Origin: an uncultured Candidatus Saccharibacteria bacterium | GTDB lineage: Bacteria; Patescibacteriota; Minisyncoccia; Phycocordibacterales; DSPV01 | Direction of reading: 5' to 3' | DNA: 64,000 bases | Assembly (NCBI GenBank): GCA_964617735.1 | Contig: CAZTXT010000001.1 | Location: 459,589 to 523,588 of the forward strand | Shown: positions 28,791 through 40,417 of the stretch, in pieces | How the letters are laid out: every line of letters starts with the position of its first letter | Position numbering within the stretch: the stretch's first letter is position 1 | Notes under the pieces: model-generated | Seen by the model: only the letters and a program-made list of their open reading frames with translations | Databases searched by the model: none | Told to the model about the DNA's origin: nothing | Program-made: the position numbers and the translations under genes

Positions 28791-29171
28791 ATGAGGATCG
28801 CCGGCATAACACTTCCAGAAAACAAACGTCTCGAGATAGCGCTTACCGCGCTCTATGGCGTCGGTCGTTCTCGCGCGCAGCACATCTTGCGCAAGGCAAA
28901 ACTTGATTTCGGGAAAAAACCTAAAGAACTTTCCGTCACTGAAGAGAACGAACTGAAAAAGCATATCGAGCAGTACAAGATCGAAGGGGATCTCAAGCGT
29001 CTGGTCGCGGGCAATATCAAGAGGCTCAAGGACATCAAGACATACCGCGGCATCCGCCATATGCGAGGACTTCCTTCCCGCGGTCAGCGTACAAAGACGA
29101 ATTCGCGCACGCGCCGCGGCAATATCCGCAAGACGATGGGTACGGGACGCAGGAAAGTAGAGAAGAAGTAA
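28791..29171 (+). CDS. rpsM: 30S ribosomal protein S13
   Basis: MRIAG, YRGIRH..GLPSRGQRTKTNSRTR. Confidence 0.97.
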   Translation: MRIAGITLPENKRLEIALTALYGVGRSRAQHILRKAKLDFGKKPKELSVTEENELKKHIEQYKIEGDLKRLVAGNIKRLKDIKTYRGIRHMRGLPSRGQRTKTNSRTRRGNIRKTMGTGRRKVEKK

Positions 29172-29179
29172 TTGATATC

Positions 29180-29608
29180 ATGGGTAAAAAAAGAGTCGCA
29201 AAACAAGAAGGAGAGTCAGGAGCGGGAAAATCCGTGGGCTCTTCGCGTTCTCTCAAACGCCAAATTGCTGCAGCGGTGCTGCATGTGGATTCGACCTATA
29301 ACAATACTCGATTGACCCTCGCCGACAGCAAAGGCAACGCACTCACATGGTCTTCGAGCGGGACGTTGGGCTTCAAGGGTGCGAAAAAAGGCACGCCATT
29401 TGCGGCCGCGAAAGTAGGGGAAGTTATCGCTGACCGCGCTTTAGGAATGGGGGTAAAGGAAGTATCCGTCATTGTTCGTGGCATCGGTTCCGGCCGCGAA
29501 TCCTCAATCAGGAGCTTCATCAACAAAGGCATCGCACTCAGTACCATAAAGGACGTCACGCCGATCCCGCACAATGGTCCTCGTCCGCCCCGACCAAGAC
29601 GCGTTTAG
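29180..29608 (+). CDS. rpsK: 30S ribosomal protein S11
   Basis: STYNNT, GFKGAKKGTPFAA and DVTPIPHNG motifs. Confidence 0.97.
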   Translation: MGKKRVAKQEGESGAGKSVGSSRSLKRQIAAAVLHVDSTYNNTRLTLADSKGNALTWSSSGTLGFKGAKKGTPFAAAKVGEVIADRALGMGVKEVSVIVRGIGSGRESSIRSFINKGIALSTIKDVTPIPHNGPRPPRPRRV

Positions 29609-29630
29609 TATTTCATTCCTCGTAGCTTTT

Positions 29631-30242
29631 ATGTTGATCAAATCAAAATATAAGATCGCGCGCCGGCTGGGAACACCTATCTTTGAGAAAACTCAAACGC
29701 AAAAGTTCGCACTTGCCATGGCAAAGCGCAAGGAGAAATCAAGAAAACATCAGCGGACGCTCACCGATTTCGGCCGCCAGCTTTTGGAAAAGCAGAAAGT
29801 ACGCTACACCTACCTTATCAACGAACGCCAGCTCAAAAAGTACGTTCGGAATGTTCTCACAAAAAGAGGCGTCAAGCAGGATGAGAAAATCTTTGAGATT
29901 CTCGAGTTGCGCCTTGACAATGTCGCCTACCGTCTTGGTTTCGGTCCTACGCGGCTCGCCGTTCGCCAGCTCGTCACGCACGGGCATCTCTGCGTCAACG
30001 GAAAGCGCGTCAATATCCCCTCGTATACTCTGAAAGCTTCCGATGTCGTGAGCGTGAGAGCCCAAAGTCTTGGCAAAAAAGTGTTTTTTGGCCTTGCAGA
30101 GAAACTCAAAGAGGTTTCGGTGCCCGGATGGCTTACCCTCGATCTACAAAAGCATGCCGGTACGGTAAAAGGGTTACCGAAACTCGAAGCGGGTGTTACC
30201 GGACTTGATTTCAATACCGTGCTTGAATTCTATAAACGCTAG
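29631..30242 (+). CDS. rpsD: 30S ribosomal protein S4
   Basis: QLLEKQK, LELRLDN and RQLVTHGH motifs. Confidence 0.97.
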   Translation: MLIKSKYKIARRLGTPIFEKTQTQKFALAMAKRKEKSRKHQRTLTDFGRQLLEKQKVRYTYLINERQLKKYVRNVLTKRGVKQDEKIFEILELRLDNVAYRLGFGPTRLAVRQLVTHGHLCVNGKRVNIPSYTLKASDVVSVRAQSLGKKVFFGLAEKLKEVSVPGWLTLDLQKHAGTVKGLPKLEAGVTGLDFNTVLEFYKR

Positions 30243-30278
30243 GTCGTCAATTTACTTTATTAAAAATCTTTTTATACC

Positions 30279-31253
30279 ATGGCTGACTACAACATCATGC
30301 TTCCGTCGAAACCAAGAGTCGTTAAAGAGGACGATTTCATTGGGATTTACGAGATAGACAATCTCTATCCCGGCTACGGCCATACGTTGGGCAACTCGCT
30401 CCGGCGCATCATCCTCTCCTCGCTTCCCGGTGCAGCAATCACTTCGATAAAAATAGATGGCGTCAGCCATGAATTTTCGACCATTGAAGGTGTAAAAGAA
30501 GACGTCGTTACGATCATTTTGCACCTTAAAAAGATTCGTCTGCAGATGCTTACCGACGAGCCCCAAATGCTCTCTATTGAGGCAAAAGGCCCTACTGACA
30601 TCAAGGCTTCGGACCTAAAAGTGCCGGGGCAGGTCACCGTCTTAAATCCCGACCAGCATATCGCGTCAGTAACAGGAAAAAACAAAGAGCTCAATATCGA
30701 GCTTATGGTTGAGAAGGGTTTGGGGTATTTACCAAAGGAATTGATACAGAAGGAGCGCGTTGAAATAGGCTCTATTCGACTTGATGCGGCGTTTACCCCT
30801 ATCCGTAGGGTCAATTACGAAGTGGAGAACATGCGCGTCGGCAACCGGACAGATTTCAACCGCATGAAGCTCTACATCGAAACCGACGGGACTATTACTC
30901 CTCGCGAAGCATTGAGTAAATCCATTGAGATAATGATCAACCAGCTCAAGGCTATCATCGGGTTCAAGGAGGAGGTGATCGAGACCCCGACGCTAGAGGC
31001 GAAGACCAGTGCACCCGTTGAATCGCCGAAGAACTCGAAAGAGATCGATCCGGAAGTGCTCAAAACCCGCATTGAAACACTCGACCTTTCTTTGCGCACC
31101 GTCAATGCGCTTACCGCCGCCAATATCAGGACTGTCGGCGGCTTGGTCCGTAAACGTGAAGACGATATTTTGGATGTTGAAGGACTCGGGAACAAAGGCG
31201 TACAGGAAATAAAGAAGGCCCTCGGAAACATCGGGGTGAGCCTTAAGGAATAA
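30279..31253 (+). CDS. rpoA: DNA-directed RNA polymerase subunit alpha
   Basis: GYGHTLGNSLRRIILSS, HEFSTIEGVKED and alpha-CTD. Confidence 0.98.
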   Translation: MADYNIMLPSKPRVVKEDDFIGIYEIDNLYPGYGHTLGNSLRRIILSSLPGAAITSIKIDGVSHEFSTIEGVKEDVVTIILHLKKIRLQMLTDEPQMLSIEAKGPTDIKASDLKVPGQVTVLNPDQHIASVTGKNKELNIELMVEKGLGYLPKELIQKERVEIGSIRLDAAFTPIRRVNYEVENMRVGNRTDFNRMKLYIETDGTITPREALSKSIEIMINQLKAIIGFKEEVIETPTLEAKTSAPVESPKNSKEIDPEVLKTRIETLDLSLRTVNALTAANIRTVGGLVRKREDDILDVEGLGNKGVQEIKKALGNIGVSLKE

Positions 31254-31268
31254 GAGATTATCAGCACT

Positions 31269-31622
31269 ATGCGTCATCATCGCTCAAACAGAAAATTCGG
31301 ACGAGAAAGGGATCAGCGAAAAGCTCTGATGCGCTCTTTGGCGCTCTCGCTCATTTTCCACGGACACATCCGCACTACGGTAGAGAAGGCAAAAGAGCTC
31401 CGACCCTTTGTCGAGAAACTAATAACCCGTGCCAAAGATGCTTCTCTGAACTCTCGACGGCTTCTTCAGATGCGTATCGGTAGCGTAGCGGGTGCATCTA
31501 AGCTTATGAAAGATATCGCCCCGAAATATCAAAAGCGCATGGGAGGCTATACACGGGTAGCTAAACTCGCCTCTAGACGCAAGGATGGAAGCAGCATGGC
31601 GATCATTGAGCTAATCCAATAA
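31269..31622 (+). CDS. rplQ: 50S ribosomal protein L17
   Basis: MRH...KFGR, TTVEKAKELR and GGYTR motifs. Confidence 0.97.
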   Translation: MRHHRSNRKFGRERDQRKALMRSLALSLIFHGHIRTTVEKAKELRPFVEKLITRAKDASLNSRRLLQMRIGSVAGASKLMKDIAPKYQKRMGGYTRVAKLASRRKDGSSMAIIELIQ

Positions 31623-31623
31623 C

Positions 31624-31971
31624 ATGAAGACCTATACTTTAAATGCAGAAGGTAAAAAGCTGGGGCGCGTGGCGAGCGAAGCCGCGAAGCTTATCATGGG
31701 TAAGAATCTAGCATCGTTCGCACGGAATATTTTCCCGGATGTATCGGTCGTGATCGAAAATGCCTCAAAAGCCGATATTTCAGAGCGCAAGCGCTCTTCA
31801 CTAACCTATAAACGCTACTCCGGCTATCCCGGCGGCCAGAAAGTTCTCGATGCAAAAGAGATCATCGCACGGAAAGGCTATTCTGAATTATTCCGAAAGG
31901 CAGTCTACGGGATGCTTCCGACGAATCGCCTTCGCCCCAAAATGATCAAACGTCTTATGGTAAAAGAATAA
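31624..31971 (+). CDS. rplM: 50S ribosomal protein L13 (short form)
   Basis: LGRVAS, YSGYPGG and AVYGMLP motifs. Confidence 0.95.
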   Translation: MKTYTLNAEGKKLGRVASEAAKLIMGKNLASFARNIFPDVSVVIENASKADISERKRSSLTYKRYSGYPGGQKVLDAKEIIARKGYSELFRKAVYGMLPTNRLRPKMIKRLMVKE

Positions 31972-31978
31972 AAAAACA

Positions 31979-32404
31979 ATGACACCGACTAAATCAGGAA
32001 CAGCCGCAAAGGCTGGAAAATACATTCGAGCGATTGGACGCAGAAAAACAGCCGTCGCAAGCGTACGCCTTTTCGAAGCCGCTAAGAACAGCTACACCGT
32101 CAATGGTAGGGAATTCCATGTTTATTTCCCGACGGAAACACTCCGTGCGACTGCATCGGCTCCTATCGCTAAAAACGATCTTCCGATTAAATTCCAAGTA
32201 CAGGCGATGATATCAGGCGGTGGTATCTCCGCGCAGGCAGGAGCGCTTCGGCATGCGCTTGCTCGTGCTCTGATACAGCACGATGGCGAACTTAGGAAGA
32301 AACTCAAAAAAGAAGGGTTCCTCGAACGCGATGCGCGAGCCAAAGAGCGCCGCAAATTCGGTCTCAAGAAAGCAAGAAAGGCGCCACAATGGAGCAAACG
32401 CTAG
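31979..32404 (+). CDS. rpsI: 30S ribosomal protein S9
   Basis: GRRKTA, GGGISAQAGA and ERRKFGLKKARKAPQWSKR. Confidence 0.97.
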   Translation: MTPTKSGTAAKAGKYIRAIGRRKTAVASVRLFEAAKNSYTVNGREFHVYFPTETLRATASAPIAKNDLPIKFQVQAMISGGGISAQAGALRHALARALIQHDGELRKKLKKEGFLERDARAKERRKFGLKKARKAPQWSKR

Positions 32405-32632
32405 TTTGCGCAATTGTGGCGAGGAATTGGGTCGGAAAGGGCAGCGTTTCTGCCCTTTCCGCGTAGGAGAGCAGTCCGCCGTAGGCGAGACGCTGAGAAC
32501 CGAGGGTTCTCAGGGAGGCCGTATCCTAACGGCCGACGCCTCATTGGTCGAAGTGCTAGAAATAGCAAACGGTTTTGCTATTTCTAGACGCAGAGACAGC
32601 CGGAGCGATGTTTGTTGTGACGCAAGCGTTAG
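32382..32632. repeat. Palindrome-rich non-coding element attached to the rpsI 3' end
   Basis: Inverted copy of the rpsI end (32404-32421 vs 32382-32399, 16/18); hairpins at 32433-32461, 32493-32513, 32517-32534 and 32556-32587; degenerate direct copy GCAAGCGTTAG at 32622-32632. Confidence 0.7.
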
Positions 32633-32717
32633 CACGGATTTTTTGACAAAGAGTCAATATTATTTTCTGTTGTATTTTTCGCTTGACTCGATTGACGCCT
32701 TCGATTATCCTAGTATC

Positions 32718-32884
32718 CAGAAGATAGTTGATGTGGACATTTTGTTCGCAGAAACTCATCGCTGGCCGCCCCCTTCACTGGAGGCAACCAAACGACGAGA
32801 CGATTCTCGAACCAAACCCACATTCTACGAAAGGAGCGCAGCTAAGGCAGGGTAACACCTTCCGCAACCGCGCTCTTTCTTTTT
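32718..32884 (+). ncRNA. Candidate rod-shaped sRNA
   Basis: TTGACT-17-TATCCT promoter (32683-32711); nested pairings ATGTGG/CCACAT, TTTGTTCG/CGAACCAAA, CTCATCG/CGACGAG; GAGCGC/GCGCTC hairpin plus T-tract. Confidence 0.5.
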
Positions 32885-32914
32885 GCCCGTAAAATACGTA
32901 TAATGCCGCGTATC

Positions 32915-33442
32915 ATGCATGAAGAGAACGATATCGAATTAGAGGAAGCCGATCCGTCCGATCAAATAAAGAAACTCAAGGAAAAACTGAAGACCTCACA
33001 AAAGGAGCGTCAAGAATTTTTAGACGGCTGGCAGAGAGCAAAAGCGGACCTCATCAATGCCCGCAAGCGTGACGAGGAAGACAAACGCAATTTCGCGCGC
33101 ATTGCGACCGAAGATCTCATCCACGAGCTTATCCCGGTGCTCTCAAGCTTTGATTCTGCAATGGCGAATAAAGATGCTTGGGAGAAGGTAGATAAAAATT
33201 GGCGTACGGGAGTAGAATACATCGCCAACCAACTGCGAAAAGCACTGACCGATCATGGACTTGTCGAAATCAACCCGCTCGGAGAGAAATTTGATCCCCA
33301 ACGCGATGAGCCTGTGGCGCATGTTCGGGTTGATGAGGAAAAGAATGACCAACGAATCATGGAAGTTGTTCAGAAAGGATATTCACTGAATGGAAAGACA
33401 CTCAAAGCCCCACGTGTTAAGGTTGGAGAACTTGGCAAATAG
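32915..33442 (+). CDS. grpE: Nucleotide exchange factor GrpE
   Basis: WQRAKADLIN, LIPVL, FDP and VVQKGYSLNG...APRVKV. Confidence 0.95.
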   Translation: MHEENDIELEEADPSDQIKKLKEKLKTSQKERQEFLDGWQRAKADLINARKRDEEDKRNFARIATEDLIHELIPVLSSFDSAMANKDAWEKVDKNWRTGVEYIANQLRKALTDHGLVEINPLGEKFDPQRDEPVAHVRVDEEKNDQRIMEVVQKGYSLNGKTLKAPRVKVGELGK

Positions 33443-33467
33443 ACATTTTGTGTTAAGATTGTTGCCA

Positions 33468-33779
33468 ATGATTTCTCCTACTCTTCAACCGCAAATCGTA
33501 GAAAAGATCGTTCGAAAGAACGGACGGCTTTTTAGCGTACGCGCTGCGCTCATCGAGATAGACGGGAAACCCTATGTCCGCGTTCTCTCTGCTACACCGA
33601 TTCAGACCATTGGAGATGCGTCAAAACAGAAGAGCAAGAAAGCATACGCACTTCCCGAGATAAGAACCAAGGCACAGTCGGAAGCTTTTGCATACAAAAT
33701 CGGAGAAACCGTATCTCCCTTTTTCTCAAATCTTGATTTCTTCATATCTCAAATGACCCGTGCCCCTGCACGACAATAA
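33468..33779 (+). CDS. Hypothetical protein
   Basis: TAAGAT -10 box upstream; ends SPFF...QMTRAPARQ; terminator follows. Confidence 0.65.
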   Translation: MISPTLQPQIVEKIVRKNGRLFSVRAALIEIDGKPYVRVLSATPIQTIGDASKQKSKKAYALPEIRTKAQSEAFAYKIGETVSPFFSNLDFFISQMTRAPARQ

Positions 33780-33823
33780 AAAAGCCCCGCGTTGAGCGCG
33801 GAGCTTGTTGTGAAGAGAGATTC

Positions 33824-34087
33824 TTAGCTTTTACCGAAATCGATTTCAGGAGCAAAGCCAAGTACTTCTGTAACTCCTTCAAGGGCTTTCCGAAACAAGA
33901 TGATCAATTTCTTGTCATTAGGATTAAGCTCACAAACCATGACGACTTCCTCAGGGGAACCGACGAATCCGAGCAGGTCGTTAATATCCTTTTTGCGATC
34001 ACTTAAGCAAAAGGATAAACCTCCGTCCAGTTTCTTCTTAACTACAAGGAATGCCCGAGGATAAACTAAGTTTCTCTTATTAGCCAT
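33824..34087 (-). CDS. Hypothetical protein (SD-led orphan, antisense within the chaperone cluster)
   Basis: TTGACT-17-TAATAT promoter; GAAAGG SD. Confidence 0.65.
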   Translation of the reverse strand: MANKRNLVYPRAFLVVKKKLDGGLSFCLSDRKKDINDLLGFVGSPEEVVMVCELNPNDKKLIILFRKALEGVTEVLGFAPEIDFGKS

Positions 34088-34182
34088 AAATAATCTACCT
34101 TTCTGTTGATTGTTGGAACTGATCCTGTCAAAATATTAGCATATAATGCTATATTAGTCAAGTAATCAAACCATAACTAAAA

Positions 34183-36060
<1,878 letters not shown>

Positions 36061-36112
36061 GTAGCGGAAAGAAAAAGCGCCCTGCGGTTAAACCGCAGGG
36101 CGCGCTTCGGCA

Positions 36113-36571
36113 TTAGCGCCGCAAGCTGGGACACGTTATAAACCCGCAGATCGCATTCCATGGTGTTTGGTACGATGCCAAGCGAAGTGCCCGGCCGCCA
36201 CCACCCGTAGGACCTACCACGAAAACCCAAGAGTCAGTTTCCGAAACCCAAATGCGTGTTTTAAGAGCAACGATGAAAGTCTGCGTGCCTAAATCCCTGA
36301 ATGCTGCGCACAGCGACATGAGATCAAAGACGTCGCCAGCAACATTCTTATCAAGCCGCCCCTCAAACTCTTCGCTACTTATCAAACTATTGGGATAGTC
36401 AATAAACAACTCTAGGTATTTTTCAAAGTTCCCGAGATCGGGGACTCTGAATCGAAGCGTTTCGATCTTAGGGTCAATTGTCTCGAACTCACAGCGGTCG
36501 ATGTATTCGGCAAGGGTCAACCGGTGATCCCTGCTGACATAATATTCCTCACGATTAACATTCAGTGTCAT
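36113..36571 (-). CDS. Hypothetical protein (SD-led orphan; probable distant paralog of 5543-6157)
   Basis: TTGACC-17-TATCTT promoter; GAAAGGAG SD; ISSEE, FIVAL, RALRL and C-terminal WNAICGFI. Confidence 0.7.
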   Translation of the reverse strand: MTLNVNREEYYVSRDHRLTLAEYIDRCEFETIDPKIETLRFRVPDLGNFEKYLELFIDYPNSLISSEEFEGRLDKNVAGDVFDLMSLCAAFRDLGTQTFIVALKTRIWVSETDSWVFVVGPTGGGGRALRLASYQTPWNAICGFITCPSLRR

Positions 36572-36719
36572 GGTGCTCCTTTCGTTGGGAATTCTTGCAA
36601 TAAGATAGCATATAATAATAGACTGGTCAAGTATTGCAACGCCGCCGTTAGTCTATAATAGGTTCAGTGATTATTCTATACGTCGGTATAAAATCTCTAA
36701 ACGCGCTACGCGAATAACA

Positions 36720-37775
36720 ATGCCTAAGAATTATTATGAGATCCTCGGGGTTGAAAAAACCGCTTCTAAAGATGACATCAAAAAAGCGTTCCGCAAACTC
36801 GCCCATAAATATCACCCCGACAAAAAAGGCGGCGACGCCGAAAAATTCAAGGAAGTGAACGAGGCCTACAGCGTGCTCTCCGACGAGCGGAAACGTGCAG
36901 AGTACGACTCTTATGGGAGGGTATTCAGCGAGGGAGGGAGCGGATCGGCGACCGACTGGGAAGATTTGGTGCGCAACTTCGGAGGGGCAGGAATAAATTT
37001 CGATGTTGGCGATATTTTCAATGAATTCTTCGGTGCCGGGCGGGAACGGGCGCATCGGGGACGTGATATCTCCATAGACCTTGAGCTTACGTTCCAAGAA
37101 TCGATCTTCGGCACCGAGCGCAACATCCTGTTGGGAAAAACCACGGTTTGCGAGACGTGCAAAGGCAATGGGGCAGCGCCGGGAAGCGAGATGCTCACCT
37201 GCAGCGTCTGCAACGGCCGCGGCAAGATCCACGAGACCAAGCGTTCATTCTTCGGCTCTTTCTCGACCGTAACCACCTGCGGTAACTGCCATGGGCGCGG
37301 AAAAGTCCCGAAGCAAAAATGTCCGACCTGCCACGGCGTCGGAGTCCGCCGCAAAGAAACCGATGTCGCATTGCGTATTCCAGCAGGTATCGAAGACGGA
37401 GAGGTCATTCGGCTCTCGGGGGGCGGTGAAGCGGTCGCCAACGGCTCGGCTGGAGATCTGTACGTCAAAGTACACGTTAAAAAACACCCGCTCTTCATCA
37501 AAGAAGGGAATAATCTGGTTACTACCCTGCGTATCAAACTTTCAACCGCGCTTTTAGGCGGAGAATACCACCTGCAATCGCTCGACGGCGAGATGACGGT
37601 GAAGATCCCTGCGGGAGTATCCATCGGAGAGATTCTTCGCGTGCGCAGCAAAGGCGTTCCCTACGAAAAAAGCAAACGAGGGGACCTGCTGATCAAATTA
37701 CACATCGAATTGCCCACGACGCTTAGCAAAGAGGCGCGCGTACTAGTTGAGGAACTCAAAAAAGAGGGCATTTAA
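36720..37775 (+). CDS. dnaJ: Chaperone DnaJ
   Basis: J-domain HPD and four CxxCxGxG repeats. Confidence 0.98.
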   Translation: MPKNYYEILGVEKTASKDDIKKAFRKLAHKYHPDKKGGDAEKFKEVNEAYSVLSDERKRAEYDSYGRVFSEGGSGSATDWEDLVRNFGGAGINFDVGDIFNEFFGAGRERAHRGRDISIDLELTFQESIFGTERNILLGKTTVCETCKGNGAAPGSEMLTCSVCNGRGKIHETKRSFFGSFSTVTTCGNCHGRGKVPKQKCPTCHGVGVRRKETDVALRIPAGIEDGEVIRLSGGGEAVANGSAGDLYVKVHVKKHPLFIKEGNNLVTTLRIKLSTALLGGEYHLQSLDGEMTVKIPAGVSIGEILRVRSKGVPYEKSKRGDLLIKLHIELPTTLSKEARVLVEELKKEGI

Positions 37776-37784
37776 GAGCAATCT

Positions 37785-38495
37785 ATGTATGCATTACCTC
37801 CAAATATACTTCAGCGGTCTATTTGGATCCCAACGCGGCTGATTTTCCACTATTTCATACACCATACAATCCTCGGCCTTGAAAACCTATCGGGCCTAAA
37901 GACTGGGGTTGTTTTCGCTCTCAATCATAGCAGTGAATTGGATGCAGTTATCCTTCCCGCCTCTCTTCCGTTCTGGAGCAGATTTTTACCGATGTTCTAC
38001 CTTTCCCGCGAACGGAAATTTTACCAAAATAGCGGTTGGCGCCGCTATCTGTATGGTGGATTATTTTTTAAGCTTTGGGGAGCATACACGGTCGATGCCG
38101 GTAAGAAGGATTACGCGGTCGCGCTCAAAAACCACATCACGATGCTCAACGAAGGAAAAAGCATATGCATTTTCCCCGAAGGGAAGGTGAGTCCTGACGG
38201 AAGTGTGCGCAAAGGCCATGGAGGCGTCAGTTACCTCGCGTGGGAAAGCGGACATCCGGTAGTACCCGTCGCTATCGAGGGGGCATGGCATATGACGCTC
38301 TCCGATTTCCTGCTCCGCCGCCGTACCGTTACGATCCGCTTCGGGAAACCCTTCTTGATCGCCGATCTCTTTGCAACGCCCGGCAGGAAGCCCGAGATAA
38401 CTGCCACGCACAACGATTTTACGCTCGCTGCGGAGACCGTAATGGAACGCATTTCAGGACTTCTCAAAAATAAGGATCAGGTAAGAACTTCTTGA
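37785..38495 (+). CDS. Lysophospholipid acyltransferase (PlsC-like)
   Basis: NHSSELD (HX4D), IFPEG and PVVPVAI motifs. Confidence 0.88.
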   Translation: MYALPPNILQRSIWIPTRLIFHYFIHHTILGLENLSGLKTGVVFALNHSSELDAVILPASLPFWSRFLPMFYLSRERKFYQNSGWRRYLYGGLFFKLWGAYTVDAGKKDYAVALKNHITMLNEGKSICIFPEGKVSPDGSVRKGHGGVSYLAWESGHPVVPVAIEGAWHMTLSDFLLRRRTVTIRFGKPFLIADLFATPGRKPEITATHNDFTLAAETVMERISGLLKNKDQVRTS

Positions 38496-38546
38496 CAAGC
38501 ACGAGTGAGGTTGCTACCTTTTACGCGGAGCTAACCTGGAGGTGCT

Positions 38547-38744
38547 ATGAAAGCGATCCAAATTCCTGTAACCGCCTGGGAGAGCGGAACCAAGGGCATG
38601 GTACCGATCAAAATAGTGTTGCCCCGAATACGTCCAACGGGATGGCCCAAACCGATAAGGCCTCGTTCAGTGCCGATCCGAAAGGTCCTCATTGAGGCGA
38701 TCAGGGTATTCTGCAACAGTGGCCGTTTTTCCCGCAGACATTAA
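38547..38744 (+). CDS. Small Pro/Arg/Ile-rich basic orphan protein
   Basis: TTGACA-17-TACCTT promoter; GGAGGT SD; terminator AAGTCCCGCAC/GTGCGGGACTT. Confidence 0.55.
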   Translation: MKAIQIPVTAWESGTKGMVPIKIVLPRIRPTGWPKPIRPRSVPIRKVLIEAIRVFCNSGRFSRRH

Positions 38745-38809
38745 GGATCCGCGACTCCGGCAAGTCCCGCACATTCGTGTGCGGGACTTTTATTTGCTAC
38801 TATTGCTGC

Positions 38810-39763
38810 ATGAAAGATCATGACAAGAAAATATTACTTTCCGGCGTAAAACCGACCGGCCAGCCCCATATCGGCAACTATTTCGGCGCGATGCGCCAGT
38901 TCGTAGAACTCCAAAATCAATATGAGAGCTACTTTATGATCGCCGACTATCACGGCCTCAACACGGTACAAAAACCAGACATCATGAGAGAGAATATCCT
39001 CAATCTTGCTATCGATTACCTCGCGATCGGCCTTGATCCAAAGCATGCAGTCATTTTCAAACAGTCAGATGTCAGTGCCCATACTGAACTTGCATGGATC
39101 TTTGACACGATCACGACCATGCCATACCTGATGCGAGCCCACGCGTACAAAGATGCGGAAGCAAAGAATAAAGAGGTGAGCGTCGGTACGTTCAACTATC
39201 CCTTACTAATGGCAGCTGACATACTCCTCTACGATACGGATGTCGTGCCCGTGGGGCAGGATCAGAAACAACACATCGAGTACGCGCGCGACACAGCAGA
39301 GAAGTTCAATCGCATTTTTGGCAATGTCTTCAAACTACCAGAACCGCTGATCCTCCCGAATGTTGAAACAGTTAAGGGCATAGACGGGCAGAAAATGAGC
39401 AAGAGCCATCACAACACGATCCCGCTGTTCGCCGAGCGCGATGAGATCGAAACACTGGTCAAGGGAATCGTAACGGACTCTGGTGCCGGCATTCCGGAGA
39501 ATGTATATGCGATCCATAAACTCTTCCGTCCCGAGAACGAGCTGGCGAAACTCTACGGCGAGCACAAGGGCAAATACAAAGTTCTCAAAGAGGCGCTGGT
39601 CGCAGACATCGATGCGGCGCTTACCCCCTTACGTTCACGCCGTGAAAAACTCGCACAAGATCCTCAAAAGGTTCACGCGATCATCGCCGATGGTGCGACA
39701 AAAGCGCGTCAACGTGCCCAAAAGAAAATGGACCTTATTCGGGAACGGATCGGCGTCTCATGA
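38810..39763 (+). CDS. trpS: Tryptophan--tRNA ligase
   Basis: SGVKPTG.PHIGNY, YPLLMAADILLY, VPVGQDQ and KMSKS motifs. Confidence 0.97.
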   Translation: MKDHDKKILLSGVKPTGQPHIGNYFGAMRQFVELQNQYESYFMIADYHGLNTVQKPDIMRENILNLAIDYLAIGLDPKHAVIFKQSDVSAHTELAWIFDTITTMPYLMRAHAYKDAEAKNKEVSVGTFNYPLLMAADILLYDTDVVPVGQDQKQHIEYARDTAEKFNRIFGNVFKLPEPLILPNVETVKGIDGQKMSKSHHNTIPLFAERDEIETLVKGIVTDSGAGIPENVYAIHKLFRPENELAKLYGEHKGKYKVLKEALVADIDAALTPLRSRREKLAQDPQKVHAIIADGATKARQRAQKKMDLIRERIGVS

Positions 39764-39818
39764 GGTATGCCCCGACCGATTCGGTAATGATCGCTGTGCT
39801 CTATTTGTTGTAACTATC

Positions 39819-40385
39819 ATGAAGACCGTGCTCAAAGGCTTTGTCGATTGGGTACCCATGGCCATAGCCATTATGGGCTTCAGCCTTTTGATCTATGCAA
39901 CGGTACAGCACAACTATCGCTCATCACTCAATGATCCCCAGATACAGATCGCCGAAGATGGGGCTCTGGCACTCCTCTCGGGAAAACAGCCTGCGGAGAT
40001 CGTCCCGCGCGTAACTCCGATCGATCTCAACAAAAGCCTCGCTCCGTTCATCGCGGTGGTAGACAGCGACGGCACGGTACTCGAGACAGACGCCGTGCTT
40101 GACGGCAAGCCACCTAAGCCTCCTGAAGGGATTTTCGCGTACGCAAAAGCGTACGGAGAAGATCGAGTGACCTGGCAGCCGAACGAAACCACCCGCATTG
40201 CCTTGGTGGTCAAATACGTTGGTAGCCGTTCGGGACGGTTCGTCGCCTCAGGTCGGAACATGCGGGAGATAGAAATACGGGAACGAGATCTGGAATTTCA
40301 AATTATCATTGCGATGCTCTTTTTGCTCGCCAGTACACTGATCTTTAAGATAATCGCGATGTTTATTATAAGAAAAACCGCGTAG
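39819..40385 (+). CDS. Two-TM protein with extracytoplasmic PAS/Cache-like sensor domain and no output domain
   Basis: TM - NDPQIQIAED...SLAPF...VTWQP...RIALV...FVASGR - TM. Confidence 0.65.
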   Translation: MKTVLKGFVDWVPMAIAIMGFSLLIYATVQHNYRSSLNDPQIQIAEDGALALLSGKQPAEIVPRVTPIDLNKSLAPFIAVVDSDGTVLETDAVLDGKPPKPPEGIFAYAKAYGEDRVTWQPNETTRIALVVKYVGSRSGRFVASGRNMREIEIRERDLEFQIIIAMLFLLASTLIFKIIAMFIIRKTA

Positions 40386-40417
40386 TGCCCCTGGCATTAC
40401 GCGGTTTTATGAACACT

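Noticed and set aside
32629-32660. CIRCE element upstream of grpE (TTAGCAC...)
   Set aside because: Only the left 7 nt match; there is no GAGTGCTAA arm at 9-nt spacing
32283-32855. 190-aa ORF overlapping the rpsI end
   Set aside because: It runs through palindromic non-coding DNA and a promoter, with no start signals or recognisable domain
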